Assembly (NCBI GenBank): GCA_963787325.1
Contig: CAWBCK010000002.1
Span: forward strand, 108,647-172,646
Source: an uncultured Planctomycetota bacterium
GTDB lineage: Bacteria; Planctomycetota; Phycisphaerae; UBA1845; JANYLN01
DNA: 64,000 bases
Direction: 5' to 3'
Below the pieces are notes generated by a model, which was given only the letters and a program-made list of their open reading frames with translations, was not told where the DNA came from and did not search any database. Both the position numbers and the translations under genes were made by a program. Shown here in pieces: positions 40,822 to 50,128 of this stretch; within the stretch, counting starts at the first letter, position 1, and each line of letters begins with the position of its first letter.

Positions 40822-41226
40822 TCGGTCACCCTTGGGAAGAAGGGACAGTACGTCCCGGAGTCTCTGACCAGACGACGCCCCGGCAGACTTTGCCCGGGTA
40901 AGGCCTCACCAGGTGGACACGCCGTTCACCTGCCGCCATCCTAACCGTCCAGCCACGGAATCATATCAACGTAGGGACGCTTTGGAAACTTGACGTAGCG
41001 TACTGGCGACAGATCATTCTATATGGGCCGCATGGAGAAGGGCTTACGAATTGCCGGCACGGCCGGTCTGCTGTGTCTATCCGTCCCGATACTGGGACGC
41101 TTGAGCAGCCCCAAGCAAGCCATTCGGGGTATCGGCAGATCCTATCCACACGCGATTCGGGCCGCAGTGGTCCAGGGGGCCGCACGGGGCTCGCGGAAAA
41201 GGGTCGTCCGGCACGGCAGCGCGCAA

Positions 41227-41259
41227 ACAGGGCGCGAATCTTACAGACCCGCGCCCTGT
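41227..41259 (-). terminator. 10-bp perfect hairpin acagggcgcg-(13 nt)-cgcgccctgt about 140 nt downstream of the HU gene
   Basis: The inverted repeat was read directly. The trailing U-run on the minus strand is weak. Confidence 0.35.
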
Positions 41260-41401
41260 GACGAGTGTCCTGTCCGCCCTCCGGCGTTCATTGCCCATGC
41301 GAACAGCTTCGGCGTCTCCTTGCCGCTACAACGTGGCTACACACCAGCCGCGCTCCGTAGCCTGTTGCCCCGCTTGTGCAGCCACGGGCGAACTGCCCGG
41401 A

Positions 41402-41797
41402 CTACACAGGCATATGGTGCTCAGGTTGTTCCTGCGGCTGCTGTTGCTGTTCCTGCGGCTTCTCTTGCTTCTGGAAGCCTCGCTCCCCGGGCTGTTGCCC
41501 GGACGTGCGTGCCTGGATCTCGGGCTTTTCCGTCAGATCCTGGAGCTTCTTGCCCGGCTGGAAAACCACGACGGTTCGTGGTGGCAGACGGATCGGCTCG
41601 TTGGTCCGCGGGTTCCGGGCGACCCGGCTGGCCCGCCGACGGATCTCGAAGACGCCGAAGTTGCGCAATTCGATCCGGCCTTCCTCAGCCAGCGACCCGA
41701 CCACGGCATCCAGCACGCCTTGGACGATCTTGCGGGTTACCGCCTGATCGACGCCATAGCGTTGCGACAGATCCTTGACGATTTGCTTCTTTGTCAC
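41402..41797 (-). CDS. HU/IHF-family DNA-binding protein with a Q/P/E-rich C-terminal extension
   Basis: GRIELRNFGVFEIRRRASRVARNPRTNEPIRLPPRTVVVFQPGK (beta-arm RNPxT motif). GTG start after GGGGGTGAG. Tail QKQEKPQEQQQQPQEQPEHH. Confidence 0.85.
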   Translation of the reverse strand: MTKKQIVKDLSQRYGVDQAVTRKIVQGVLDAVVGSLAEEGRIELRNFGVFEIRRRASRVARNPRTNEPIRLPPRTVVVFQPGKKLQDLTEKPEIQARTSGQQPGERGFQKQEKPQEQQQQPQEQPEHHMPV

Positions 41798-42231
41798 GGC
41801 TCACCCCCATTCTTTCGAGCAGGGCGTAGATTTAAATCATCCTTTGCCACGAGGTCGCACGAGAGATGCGCCCTGACGGATCTTCAAGCGCTGCAATGGA
41901 CTGCTGCCTCTGTCGCGCCGGTAACTGCGAACGGTACTTACCGCCCCCGATAAGTAGGCCTGAAGGCACGGTTACAACAACAACCAACATGCAGCACGAC
42001 AACTTTCACGTATCATCCACACACCAAACGGGCCATTTCTCTGTGCCCTCTAATTTAGAGCATAGGGCGGCAGAAAATTAGGGTCAACCAGCCGGTCCTA
42101 AATCCCTCGTGTCAGAAATGACGCCCATCTGGCCGGTCCGCCTGGCGACGGTTTGGCTCACCGGGGCACCCCCTGTCCCGTGCCGTGGAACGGCGAGGAA
42201 AACATCAAGGAAGATTCGCTGCGCCGCAGCT

Positions 42232-42780
42232 TCACGCAAGCGCCTCTCGTGCCGCGCGGAGCACGGTCAGCCACTCACAGTATTGGTAAGGCACCTGAAA
42301 CTGGTCGTGCAGACGCTGCAGCCGGCTGTGCATGCGGTTGTAGAGATCCTGCTGCCACCATTGCGCCGCTGCGTCGCAGAAGAACACCCTGCATCCCAAC
42401 GGCCTGCCGCGCCGCGCTGCGCATCGTACGGGGGCCATGCGCTGGAATGGACACGTACCGCTACCTGTCCCCTCGCATCGTGCGAGATCCGCCTTGTGCA
42501 GAAAATAAGCCAGCTCTACGGTACTTACCATAAGGTTGTGCTGCATCTTCTCGAACTGGCAGCATCGGCCGCATTGATGACAGGCCGCTTGCCTCAAGCA
42601 GACCGCGGCGTCCGCCGAACGATAAACCGCACCGACGCGAGCCAGAAGCACGCGGTCGTCCCGGCATTTCACGGCCGCATCAACCAGAGATTCCGCCAGG
42701 AGTCGCAGCAAGACACTGTTCCCCAACTGCCGCCGGTCTTCGGGTGCCACTGGCAGCTCGTCTGCCACTGAGAGTCTCAA
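42232..42780 (-). CDS. YkgJ-family cysteine-cluster protein (CxxCxxCC, UPF0153)
   Basis: CHQCGRCC motif plus downstream CPF...C...C cysteines. Confidence 0.65.
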   Translation of the reverse strand: MRLSVADELPVAPEDRRQLGNSVLLRLLAESLVDAAVKCRDDRVLLARVGAVYRSADAAVCLRQAACHQCGRCCQFEKMQHNLMVSTVELAYFLHKADLARCEGTGSGTCPFQRMAPVRCAARRGRPLGCRVFFCDAAAQWWQQDLYNRMHSRLQRLHDQFQVPYQYCEWLTVLRAAREALA

Positions 42781-42828
42781 GAACGTTGCCCGCGCACCAA
42801 CGGGTTGCGTTTCGCTTTCCGCTTCCCG

Positions 42829-43264
42829 CTACCACCACTTCCGCTTGGTGCGCATCTCCTCGATCTGTTCATAGGTGTGCGTCTTGCCGCGGTCGATCCC
42901 CGCGCACATCCGGCCTGCCTGCTGCCAGCATCGCTCGGATTGCAGATTGCTGTTCCAGAACGGCCACGTCCGGCACTGCAGGGGCCGCACCGGGTAGATC
43001 TGGCAGATCCGCTGGCCGTCCGGCATGTGCTCAAGAAAAATGCAGTCGCCGTTCGCCCGCTCCGTCAGGCTGTAACGGGCCCCCACGCGGCGCAGACTGC
43101 TCCGGCGGCAGCTTGCCGTCGCTTCTGCCGGTAAACTGCGCGATCATCTCGATCTCGACGTCGCAAGCCCATACGTACCCGGGCGGACCGGTGCAGCAGC
43201 TGCCGCACTCCGTACACGAGAACGCCAGGCCGTCCTTATACCATTTCTTGTGTGCGCAACTCAT
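42829..43264 (-). CDS. YkgJ-family cysteine-cluster protein, second copy; frameshift near 43080
   Basis: CTECGSCC motif, then CIFL...CQIYPVRPLQCRTWPFW. Its start overlaps the pyrE stop (ATGA). The pieces are ORFs 43031-43264 and 42829-43086. Confidence 0.6.
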
Positions 43265-43794
43265 GAAGGCATCGTAACCGCTATGCCCAGATCGGTCGAG
43301 GTAAACAGCGCATCGAACGGAGCAACCTGGCGGATCTTTTCCGCGGCGCCTTCCTGCCGATCGAGCACCGCCACGATCTTAACGACCTGTGCCCCCGCCT
43401 GTTTGATCGTCTCGACCGCCTCGATCACCTGCCCGCCCGTCGTGACCACGTCCTCGACCAGGAGGATCTTGTCACCCGGCTTGATCGTGCCCTCGATCAT
43501 CTTGCTGGTCCCGTAGTCCTTCTTGCCCTGACGGATGATGACGAACGGCTTGCCGCAAGCCAGCGCCGCCGACGTCGCCAGCGGAATCCCGCCGAGCTCG
43601 GCCCCGCCGATCCGGTCAACGCCCTCGCCGGCGTGTTCTGCCAGCAGTTTGCCGACCTCGCCGAGGATCTTCGGATCGGTCTCGAACAGGTACTTATCGA
43701 GGTAATACTTGCTCCGCTTGCCGCTACGAAGCAGAAAGTCGCCTTCCAGGTACGCCGCCGCCTTGATCGCCAGCCCGATTTCTTGCTTGGTCAT
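43261..43794 (-). CDS. pyrE: orotate phosphoribosyltransferase
   Basis: FLLRSGKRSKYYLD, PRPP-binding loop KILLVEDVVTTGG, 177 aa. Confidence 0.9.
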   Translation of the reverse strand: MTKQEIGLAIKAAAYLEGDFLLRSGKRSKYYLDKYLFETDPKILGEVGKLLAEHAGEGVDRIGGAELGGIPLATSAALACGKPFVIIRQGKKDYGTSKMIEGTIKPGDKILLVEDVVTTGGQVIEAVETIKQAGAQVVKIVAVLDRQEGAAEKIRQVAPFDALFTSTDLGIAVTMPS

Positions 43795-43848
43795 TTGCTA
43801 GATCCTACATGCCATGGTCTTAGTGTGCCTCTCACGCATCTATCTCTT

Positions 43849-44614
43849 CTATCCGGACAGGCCTTCTGGCGAAGCGTGTGTCGTATGTCGTAGGTGAGCA
43901 AGAATCCTATCCTTGATATCGCGAAGTTTGGGTCCCTCATCGTCCTTGCTGTAAGCATAGCTCGGGTGCTTAATGTAGATTACGGGCAGTCTATGGTCGG
44001 ACTCTCTGCCGATTAGGAATCCTTCGACCTCTCGTCCAAGCGCAAGGAGTACCTTCGGACGCAGCAGTGAAAGCTCAGTACGAAAGTATTTATTATAGCA
44101 TTGGTCCATAGTCTTACGATCAAGCCTCGCTTGTTCGTCGTGCGTGCTACACTTGACCAGATTCGTATGCGCGGCATGAAGGTAAATATCAGTATGAGGG
44201 ACGTCAAAAAAATAGCTTATGTAGCGGAATAGCCTTTTGTGAAACTGAGTGGAGGGCTCTCGCATTTTACTGGGGTCAGGGTAAAGATGGTTTTGATGAG
44301 GCTCGGTAGGCAAGGAATAGATTGCGGCCTGCTTGCCCCCGATACCTCTGACGTTCTCCTTGTAGGGGGTGTCCAGGATTCTTTGCTACGACGAGCAGCT
44401 TGATGGGGGCTGTCCTGTAGAAGAAACCCCGCGGGGGAACACCGTCATCAACGTCTTTCCAGACTCCAGGGCACATCACCGTATCGTTTGTACAGCTCAT
44501 GCAGCGGATGTACAGATCGTCTAACTCCTTGGCGGGATTCTGCATGCCAGATCCTCTTCGGACCAGTGCCGAGTGCCAGGGCAGATTGTCTGCCAGTGTG
44601 AAGTTTTGGACCAC
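43849..44614 (-). CDS. uracil-DNA glycosylase superfamily protein in a low-GC islet; frameshift near 44295; the start is GTG 44614 or, more likely, ATG 44545
   Basis: Motif-A-like LLVVAKNPGHPLQGE...GQAGRNLFLAY, mid-region HTNLVKCS...C...ELSLLRPKVLLALG, motif-B-like IKHPSYA. The ATG at 44545 is preceded by GAGGA. My 60-nt spot counts inside the gene gave 38-57% GC. Confidence 0.55.
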
Positions 44615-44616
44615 TT

Positions 44617-46066
44617 TTACACATTCAGCTCGGCCGTCATACCAAGCGTCTCAGCATACTTACGCCGCACCGGCTCGACATGCTGCCGCACGAACCGCTC
44701 CGTCTGCTGCGGAGACAGCCCGACAAACCGCGACGCTTCCACTAACTGCTCGATGTTCGCCACCGCCGCAAAGGCACTGTCCGCCTTGATCCTCGCCAGA
44801 AAATCGTTCGGCCGGCCGAACTTCTTGACCTGCTCCATCGCCGCCAGCGAGTGTTTGCGAATCCGCTCGTGCAGTTCCTGCCGATTGCCCCCGGCCTTGA
44901 CCGCCGCCATCAGGATGACCTCTGTCGCCATGAACGGCAGCTCCTGACCCAGTCTGGCTGCGATCATCTCCGGCCACACCGTCAGCCCGCCGGCGACATT
45001 CGCGATGATCTTGAGAATGCCGTCGGTCGCTAGAAACGCTTCGGGGAGGCTCAGCCGGCGGTTGGCGGAATCGTCCAGCGTCCGCTCCAGCCACTGCTCC
45101 GCCGCTGTCATCATCGGGCTCGATGCCAGCGACATCACGAACCGGGCCAGCCCCGTCGCCCGCTCGCACCGCATCGGGTTACGTTTGTATGGCATGGCGG
45201 AAGAGCCCACCTGCTCGCTCTCGAACGGCTCGCTCAGTTCGCCGGCCCCCGAGAGCAGCCGGATGTCGTTGCACATCTTGTGCGCGCTGATTGCCACCTG
45301 TGCCAGCGCAGTTGATCACCTGCACGTCCGTCTTCCTGCTGTACGTCTGGCCGGTCACCGGTTCGACCTGGTCGAACCCCATCTTGCGGGCCACCATCTG
45401 ATCGAGCTGCTCGACCTTCTCCGCATCGCCCTCGAACAGATCCAGGAACGATGCCTGTGTGCCGGTCGTCCCCTTGATGCCGCGGAAGTACATATTCTCG
45501 ATAAGCTGTTCGATCTCCTGCAGATCCCGCACGAAGTCCCAGCACCAAAGCGTCGCCCGCTTGCCGACCGTTGTTACCTGTGCAGGTTGGAAGTGCGTAT
45601 AGCTCAGGCAGGGCATGTCCTTGTACTGCAAACAGAACTTGCCCAGCGCATCGATCACGCTGGCCAGCCAGTTGCGGACGAGTTTGAGCCCCTCGCGCAT
45701 GATGACCAGATCGGCATTATCGCCGATGCTCGCGCTGGTGCACCCGAGATGGATAATGCCCTTGGCCGCCGGCGCCGCATCGCCGAAGGTATGGATATGC
45801 GCCATCACGTCATGCCGCAGCCGCTTCTCGTAGTCCGCCGCCCTGGCGAAGTCGATATCCTCGACGTGCTGACGCATCTGCTGGATCTGCTCGTCGGTGA
45901 TCGGCAGGCCCAGTGCCTGTTCACTTTCCGCCACCGCCACCCAGATCTTCCGCCACGTGCTGAACTTCACCTGCGGCGACCAAATCCGGATCATCGCCTC
46001 GGAAGCATTCCGGCTGACCAGCGGCGACTGATACTTGTCAAAACTATCCGTGCTTTCCTGTGACAT
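44617..46066 (-). CDS. purB: adenylosuccinate lyase; frameshift near 45305
   Basis: Fumarate-lyase signature [32 protein letters not shown]. The pieces are ORFs 45179-46111 (ATG at 46066) and 44617-45297. Confidence 0.9.
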
Positions 46067-46107
46067 TCTCTCGTCTCGTTTACGGGGGAAAATTGGCCAG
46101 GCCCGGC

Positions 46108-46422
46108 TCACTCGATTTCCAAGGCGAAGCGAAGCGCCTGGCCTAACTGGAACAATCTCTCTGGGGTCAGCAGCGTGATCCTGCTGCGCAGTCGGTCTCG
46201 CGGAATCGTGTGCAGGTTGTCGGTGTTGATCACGCAGTCGGTTGGCATACCATCGTCGGAGGTCAGAGGTACCTCACTGGCAAGCGATCGGACTACTCGC
46301 GTGACCTCTGCAATCGTGACGTTACGCCGCCGCTCGATACCGTCTGCACGAGAGACAAGCGCAACAGGACGAAAGCCCGCGTCCCCAGCCAGTTCCGCCC
46401 ACCAGACTTCGCCGCGGGTCAC
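46108..46422 (-). CDS. mazF: type II toxin, PemK/MazF-family endoribonuclease
   Basis: [11 protein letters not shown]...[10 protein letters not shown]...VTIAEVTR...[29 protein letters not shown], a typical MazF/PemK pattern. 104 aa. Confidence 0.75.
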   Translation of the reverse strand: MTRGEVWWAELAGDAGFRPVALVSRADGIERRRNVTIAEVTRVVRSLASEVPLTSDDGMPTDCVINTDNLHTIPRDRLRSRITLLTPERLFQLGQALRFALEIE

Positions 46423-46643
46423 GAGTTGCCTCCCGGCCTGTTGCGCAGTTCTGCCGGGTAGAATTCCTCCCAGCTCTCAGTTTTCGCCGACTCAGTCCAG
46501 GCCGCCAGGCCGCGTCGGCCGACCGCCGCGTCTTCAGCCTCCGCCTCCTGACTGATCTGCTCCAGCAGCCTGGCAAGCAGTTCCGCTCGCTCGGCAGGCG
46601 ACAGGGAGTTCACCTCAACTAGGATGGATTTTAGACTCACCAT
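46419..46643 (-). CDS. antitoxin, 'putative addiction module component' type
   Basis: 74 aa with a 4-nt overlap onto the toxin start. The LSPAERAELLARLLEQI motif is characteristic of the TIGR02574-like antitoxin family. Confidence 0.6.
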   Translation of the reverse strand: MVSLKSILVEVNSLSPAERAELLARLLEQISQEAEAEDAAVGRRGLAAWTESAKTESWEEFYPAELRNRPGGNS

Positions 46644-46861
46644 CGCCTCATCTTACACAATGGCCGTCCCCCCCGTCCACACACCGGACCTGCTTGACCG
46701 CCAATCAACCACGAGGCGATTCAGACTGCGAACCTTTCGCACCTTGCCGCGCCCAACGTCGGCATTACGGCTACGGCTGCGCAGTCGCTGTTCCTGGGGC
46801 GCATCCTGATTTCGGTGGCAAGCGAGCGTCTGCATGGGCGCCCCCTTGTGACCCCCTGGTA

Positions 46862-46891
46862 TTCTCTGCGTCCTCCGCGCCTCTGCGGTGG
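46862..46891. repeat. oligo-repeat ttctctgcgtcctccgcgcctctgcggtgg
   Basis: Intergenic, with the same TCTCYGYG periodic pattern as 31383-31409. Confidence 0.4.
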
Positions 46892-46986
46892 ATTTGCCGC
46901 TTCCACTGCCACCAATCCCCAGATGCGTCCTTGTCCCTGCCGGTTGCCTGTGGTCCCCTTTCCCCTGTATCCTGTACCGAGAACAA

Positions 46987-47014
46987 GGAACCGCTTCGGA
47001 CCGAACGCGTCTAA
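46987..47014 (+). promoter_or_regulatory. ECF-type promoter GGAAC-N16-CGTCTAA upstream of the sigma factor gene
   Basis: GGAAC at 46987-46991, a 16-nt spacer, CGTC at 47008-47011 followed by TAA. About 20 nt further on are GAGGAA and the GTG start at 47035. Confidence 0.5.
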
Positions 47015-47034
47015 CAGGACGAGGAACAGCCGCG

Positions 47035-47646
47035 GTGACAGGCACAGCCGTCCCCTTTGATGATGCCGTGCTCGTCCGTCAGTGTCAGAAAGGCGACCTG
47101 ACGGCCTTCGAGCCCCTTGTCGTCAAATACCAGGACCGCATCTACAACCTGTGCTGGCGGCTTTGCGGTGACCGTCTGGCTGCCGAGGACCTGACGCAGG
47201 AGTCGTTCTTCAAGGCGTTCGCGTCGCTGCGCAAGTTTCGCAGTCAGAGCAGCTTCTTCACCTGGCTCTACCGCATCGCCACCAATATGGCCCTGTCCTA
47301 CCGGCGGGCCGAGCGCCACCAGATCAGCGTTGGCCAGGACTGCCAGTGGACCGAGATCCCCAGCCAGGCCGCCCGCCTGCACCGTGGCTCGGACGACAGC
47401 CACGACCAGCCGGACGCCCTGTGTCACCGCGACGAGGTCCGCCGCCTGGTCTGGCAGGCCATTCAGCAGCTGGACGACGAGCACCGCGCCGCCATCGTCC
47501 TGCGGGACATGGAAGGTCTGGATTACGCCGAGATCGCCCAGGTTCTCGCCGTACCCCTTGGCACGGTGAAGAGCCGCCTGCACCGCGCGAGAATGATGGT
47601 CCGCGACAAACTGGCGCCGGTCCTGAACGCGGACGGAGGTCAGTGA
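47035..47646 (+). CDS. ECF (group IV) sigma-70 family RNA polymerase sigma factor
   Basis: Region 2 is DLTQESFFKAFASLRKFRSQSSFFTWLYRIATNMAL. Region 4 is LDDEHRAAIVLRDMEGLDYAEIAQVLAVPLGTVKSRLHRAR. A GTG at 47035 is proposed as the start; the upstream part of ORF 46888-47646 covers a repeat and the promoter. Confidence 0.8.
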   Translation: MTGTAVPFDDAVLVRQCQKGDLTAFEPLVVKYQDRIYNLCWRLCGDRLAAEDLTQESFFKAFASLRKFRSQSSFFTWLYRIATNMALSYRRAERHQISVGQDCQWTEIPSQAARLHRGSDDSHDQPDALCHRDEVRRLVWQAIQQLDDEHRAAIVLRDMEGLDYAEIAQVLAVPLGTVKSRLHRARMMVRDKLAPVLNADGGQ

Positions 47647-47728
47647 TGGCCGGGATTGCTGCTCCTTGTTGTCTTAGTTGCATACACACGAGAGAATGAG
47701 TGCAAAGTAGCGAGGTTCCGTAGCACAG

Positions 47729-48963
47729 ATGCCGAGTAAGCCGGACAAGCCCGAACTGGAGCGATTGCTGTCGAGCTATATCGATGGCGCCTGCTCCGAC
47801 GCCGAGCGCCAGCAGGTCGAGTCTGCCCTGCGGACCGACCCCGCCCTGCGAGCCCTCCACGCTGATCTGACAAAGACGATCGAGTGTGTCCGTGGCGCCG
47901 GCGCCGAATCGGCGCCAAGCCATCTTCAGGAGCGCATCCTCTCCCAGCTCGAACGCCGCGCCCTGCTCGACGACCTTGAACCCTCGTCAGGGTCGTCCGC
48001 CAGACGGCTTGTGCTCGTGCTGGCGACCGCGGCGGTCCTTCTGGTCGCCGCCGGTGCCGGCTGGTATGTCTACACGACGCGTATCGCCCCGCCCGGCCGT
48101 ACGCTGCTGGCCGACAGCACGACTGCCAGGTCGCGCTCTCTTGAAAAGACGATTGCCCCTGCCCGATCCGCCGCCGACGAGGCGGTGCTTCCGGGCGCCC
48201 GGCCGGGCAGTCCCCGCAGCCAGCGCCCGCCCCGGTGATCATTGCCGCCCCGTCCGTCGCGAGCCGGGTCAGTGACCGTGGCACTCTGCACGAGAGCGTA
48301 GCGAAGCCTGGCCGGCCGCTTGCCGCCGAGCCACAGCCGCTCGCCTTCGGCATGGCCGTACAGAATGAGGCGGAGGCTCCGGCTGCGGTGGTCGCCGCGG
48401 TTGCGGATAGCGCTGCCAGCCAGCCAACTGCCGGCGGCGCCGAGGCCTCTGCAACTGTGTCGGCGGTCGCGGCCGGTACCATGCCTGCGACCGACATCGC
48501 CGCGCTAACGTTGCCATCCCCTTCGTCCATCAGGCCAGTCCTGGCGACGGCCCTGGAGATTCGGGCTGTGGCCGCGGATCCGTCATCCGCGATAGACGCT
48601 GCACGGACCGCCGTCCGGCGCCTTGCCGGCACGCCTCGGCAACTTGCCGCTGGCGACGGTGCGGCCATGCTCGTCGCCATCGTTTCCGGTGACAGGCGGT
48701 ACCGGCTGGCCGACGAGATCGGTCGGATCCCCGGGGTCACCGATATCCGCCTCTCGAATCTTGCCGCCGATGCGGTCTCACTGGAGGTGGCCTCTGCGAT
48801 GTTCATGCCGAGCGTTACCTGGTACGTGTCGCCGCAGTCCACCCAGGCCGGTGCTGCGGACCTTCAGCCGGCCGGGTTGGGTGACTGCGTATCACAGCCT
48901 GCCAACGATACTCCCGAAATCCCGGTACGGATCGTCTTCCGCACCGCAGGAGCCAGCCGATGA
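47729..48963 (+). CDS. anti-sigma factor (zf-HC2-like N-terminus, one TM, Ala/Pro-rich linker, C-terminal domain); either one gene with a frameshift near 48150-48235 or two overlapping genes (47729-48238, 48235-48963)
   Basis: LERLLSSYIDGACSDAERQQVESALRTDPALRALHADL, TM LVLVLATAAVLLVAAGAGWYV. The second frame is open from 48145 and continues PAGQSPQPAPAPVIIAAPS... The stop overlaps the next gene's ATG (ATGA at 48960-48963). Confidence 0.55.
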
Positions 48964-50000
48964 GCGAAGTCTCGTTGCCCCTGTCGGAGTTCCGCCCCAT
49001 CCCGGAGGTCGTTTGCAAGGAAACGCGCGTCGATCGCGCGAAGTTTCCGTGCATCGACGCCCACATGCACCTGGACCGCTGGGTGATTGACGAGGCCGGC
49101 AACGTCGCTGATCTCTTGCATATGATGGAAGAATGTAATATCCAGGCGATGTTCAACCTGATGTCGCCGGCGCACGTCGACCTGGACCGATGCCTGGCCG
49201 CCCTCAAGCCGCGCAACCGGTTCTACATCCTGACGACCATCCCCTGGAAAGACATGATCGCTCGGCATGAGGACTTCGGCCGGGAGGCGGCGAAGTTCCT
49301 GGGCGAACAGTTCGACCGCGGCGTCGACGGCCTGAAGATGTACAAGGACGTCAGCCTCACGCTGAAAGATCGCCAGGGCAAGCTGATCCGCCATGACGAT
49401 CCGCGTCTTGCCCCTGTCTTTGAAGTGTGCGCTAGATACAACCGGCCGGTCCTGTTTCACATCGCCGACCCGACGGCCTTCTTCAAGCCGCTCACCCCCG
49501 AGAACGAGCGTTGGGAAGAGCTCCAGAGCCATCCTCGCTGGCACTTCGCCGGTCCGGAGTATCCTACTTTTCAGGAACTCATGGATGTCCAGGACCGCTT
49601 CCTCGCCATGTATCCGAACGTCAAGTTCCAGAGCGCCCACGTCTGTGGCTATTCGGAGAATCTCGCATGGGTCGGCGATCTGCTCGACCGCCATCCGAAC
49701 CTCGACTGTGACATCTCGGCCCGCATAGCGGAACTGGGCAGGGTGCCCCGTGCCGCCCGCGAGTTTTTCATCCGGCACCAGGACCGCATCCTCTTCGGCA
49801 CGGACAACCCGCCGGACCGCGAGCTCTACCGCACGCACTTCCGCTTCCTGGAAACCGACGACGAATACTTCGACTACGGAACAGGCCCAATCCCCGGTCA
49901 GGGACGCTGGTGCGTCTATGGTCTTAATCTGCCGGATGAGGTGTTGCGGAAGGTCTATCGGGACAACGCTCTGAAACTCTACGGTGAGCCCAACGGCTAG
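48960..50000 (+). CDS. amidohydrolase-2-family (TIM-barrel metal-dependent) hydrolase
   Basis: FPCIDAHMHLDRW metal-binding start, FHIADP, FGTDNPP. 346 aa. Confidence 0.7.
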   Translation: MSEVSLPLSEFRPIPEVVCKETRVDRAKFPCIDAHMHLDRWVIDEAGNVADLLHMMEECNIQAMFNLMSPAHVDLDRCLAALKPRNRFYILTTIPWKDMIARHEDFGREAAKFLGEQFDRGVDGLKMYKDVSLTLKDRQGKLIRHDDPRLAPVFEVCARYNRPVLFHIADPTAFFKPLTPENERWEELQSHPRWHFAGPEYPTFQELMDVQDRFLAMYPNVKFQSAHVCGYSENLAWVGDLLDRHPNLDCDISARIAELGRVPRAAREFFIRHQDRILFGTDNPPDRELYRTHFRFLETDDEYFDYGTGPIPGQGRWCVYGLNLPDEVLRKVYRDNALKLYGEPNG

Positions 50001-50128
50001 AGCGTATGGAAGGCAGGTGCAGCGTGTCTCGGATCGAACAGACGCTGCCCGCAAGCGGGCAGGCTGAATTGCTTTGACGCCTTGCGACTAGCACTGCCAG
50101 ACAAGCTGCCAGGCACCAGTTCCCAAGC

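Noticed and set aside
44617-46066. Calling purB a pseudogene because it is split; likewise purC, gltA, mrdA, rodA, lpxD and mlaD
   Set aside because: All breaks are single frameshifts with perfectly family-like sequence on both sides and no nonsense codons. Simultaneous loss of these essential genes is implausible. They are treated as sequence-quality artefacts pending read-level evidence.
46888-47034. N-terminal 49-codon extension of the ECF sigma ORF (ATG at 46888)
   Set aside because: The extension covers an intergenic oligo-repeat and the ECF-type promoter, has a Pro/Cys/Arg-rich translation, and precedes the conserved region-2 start. GTG 47035 with GAGGAA upstream is preferred.
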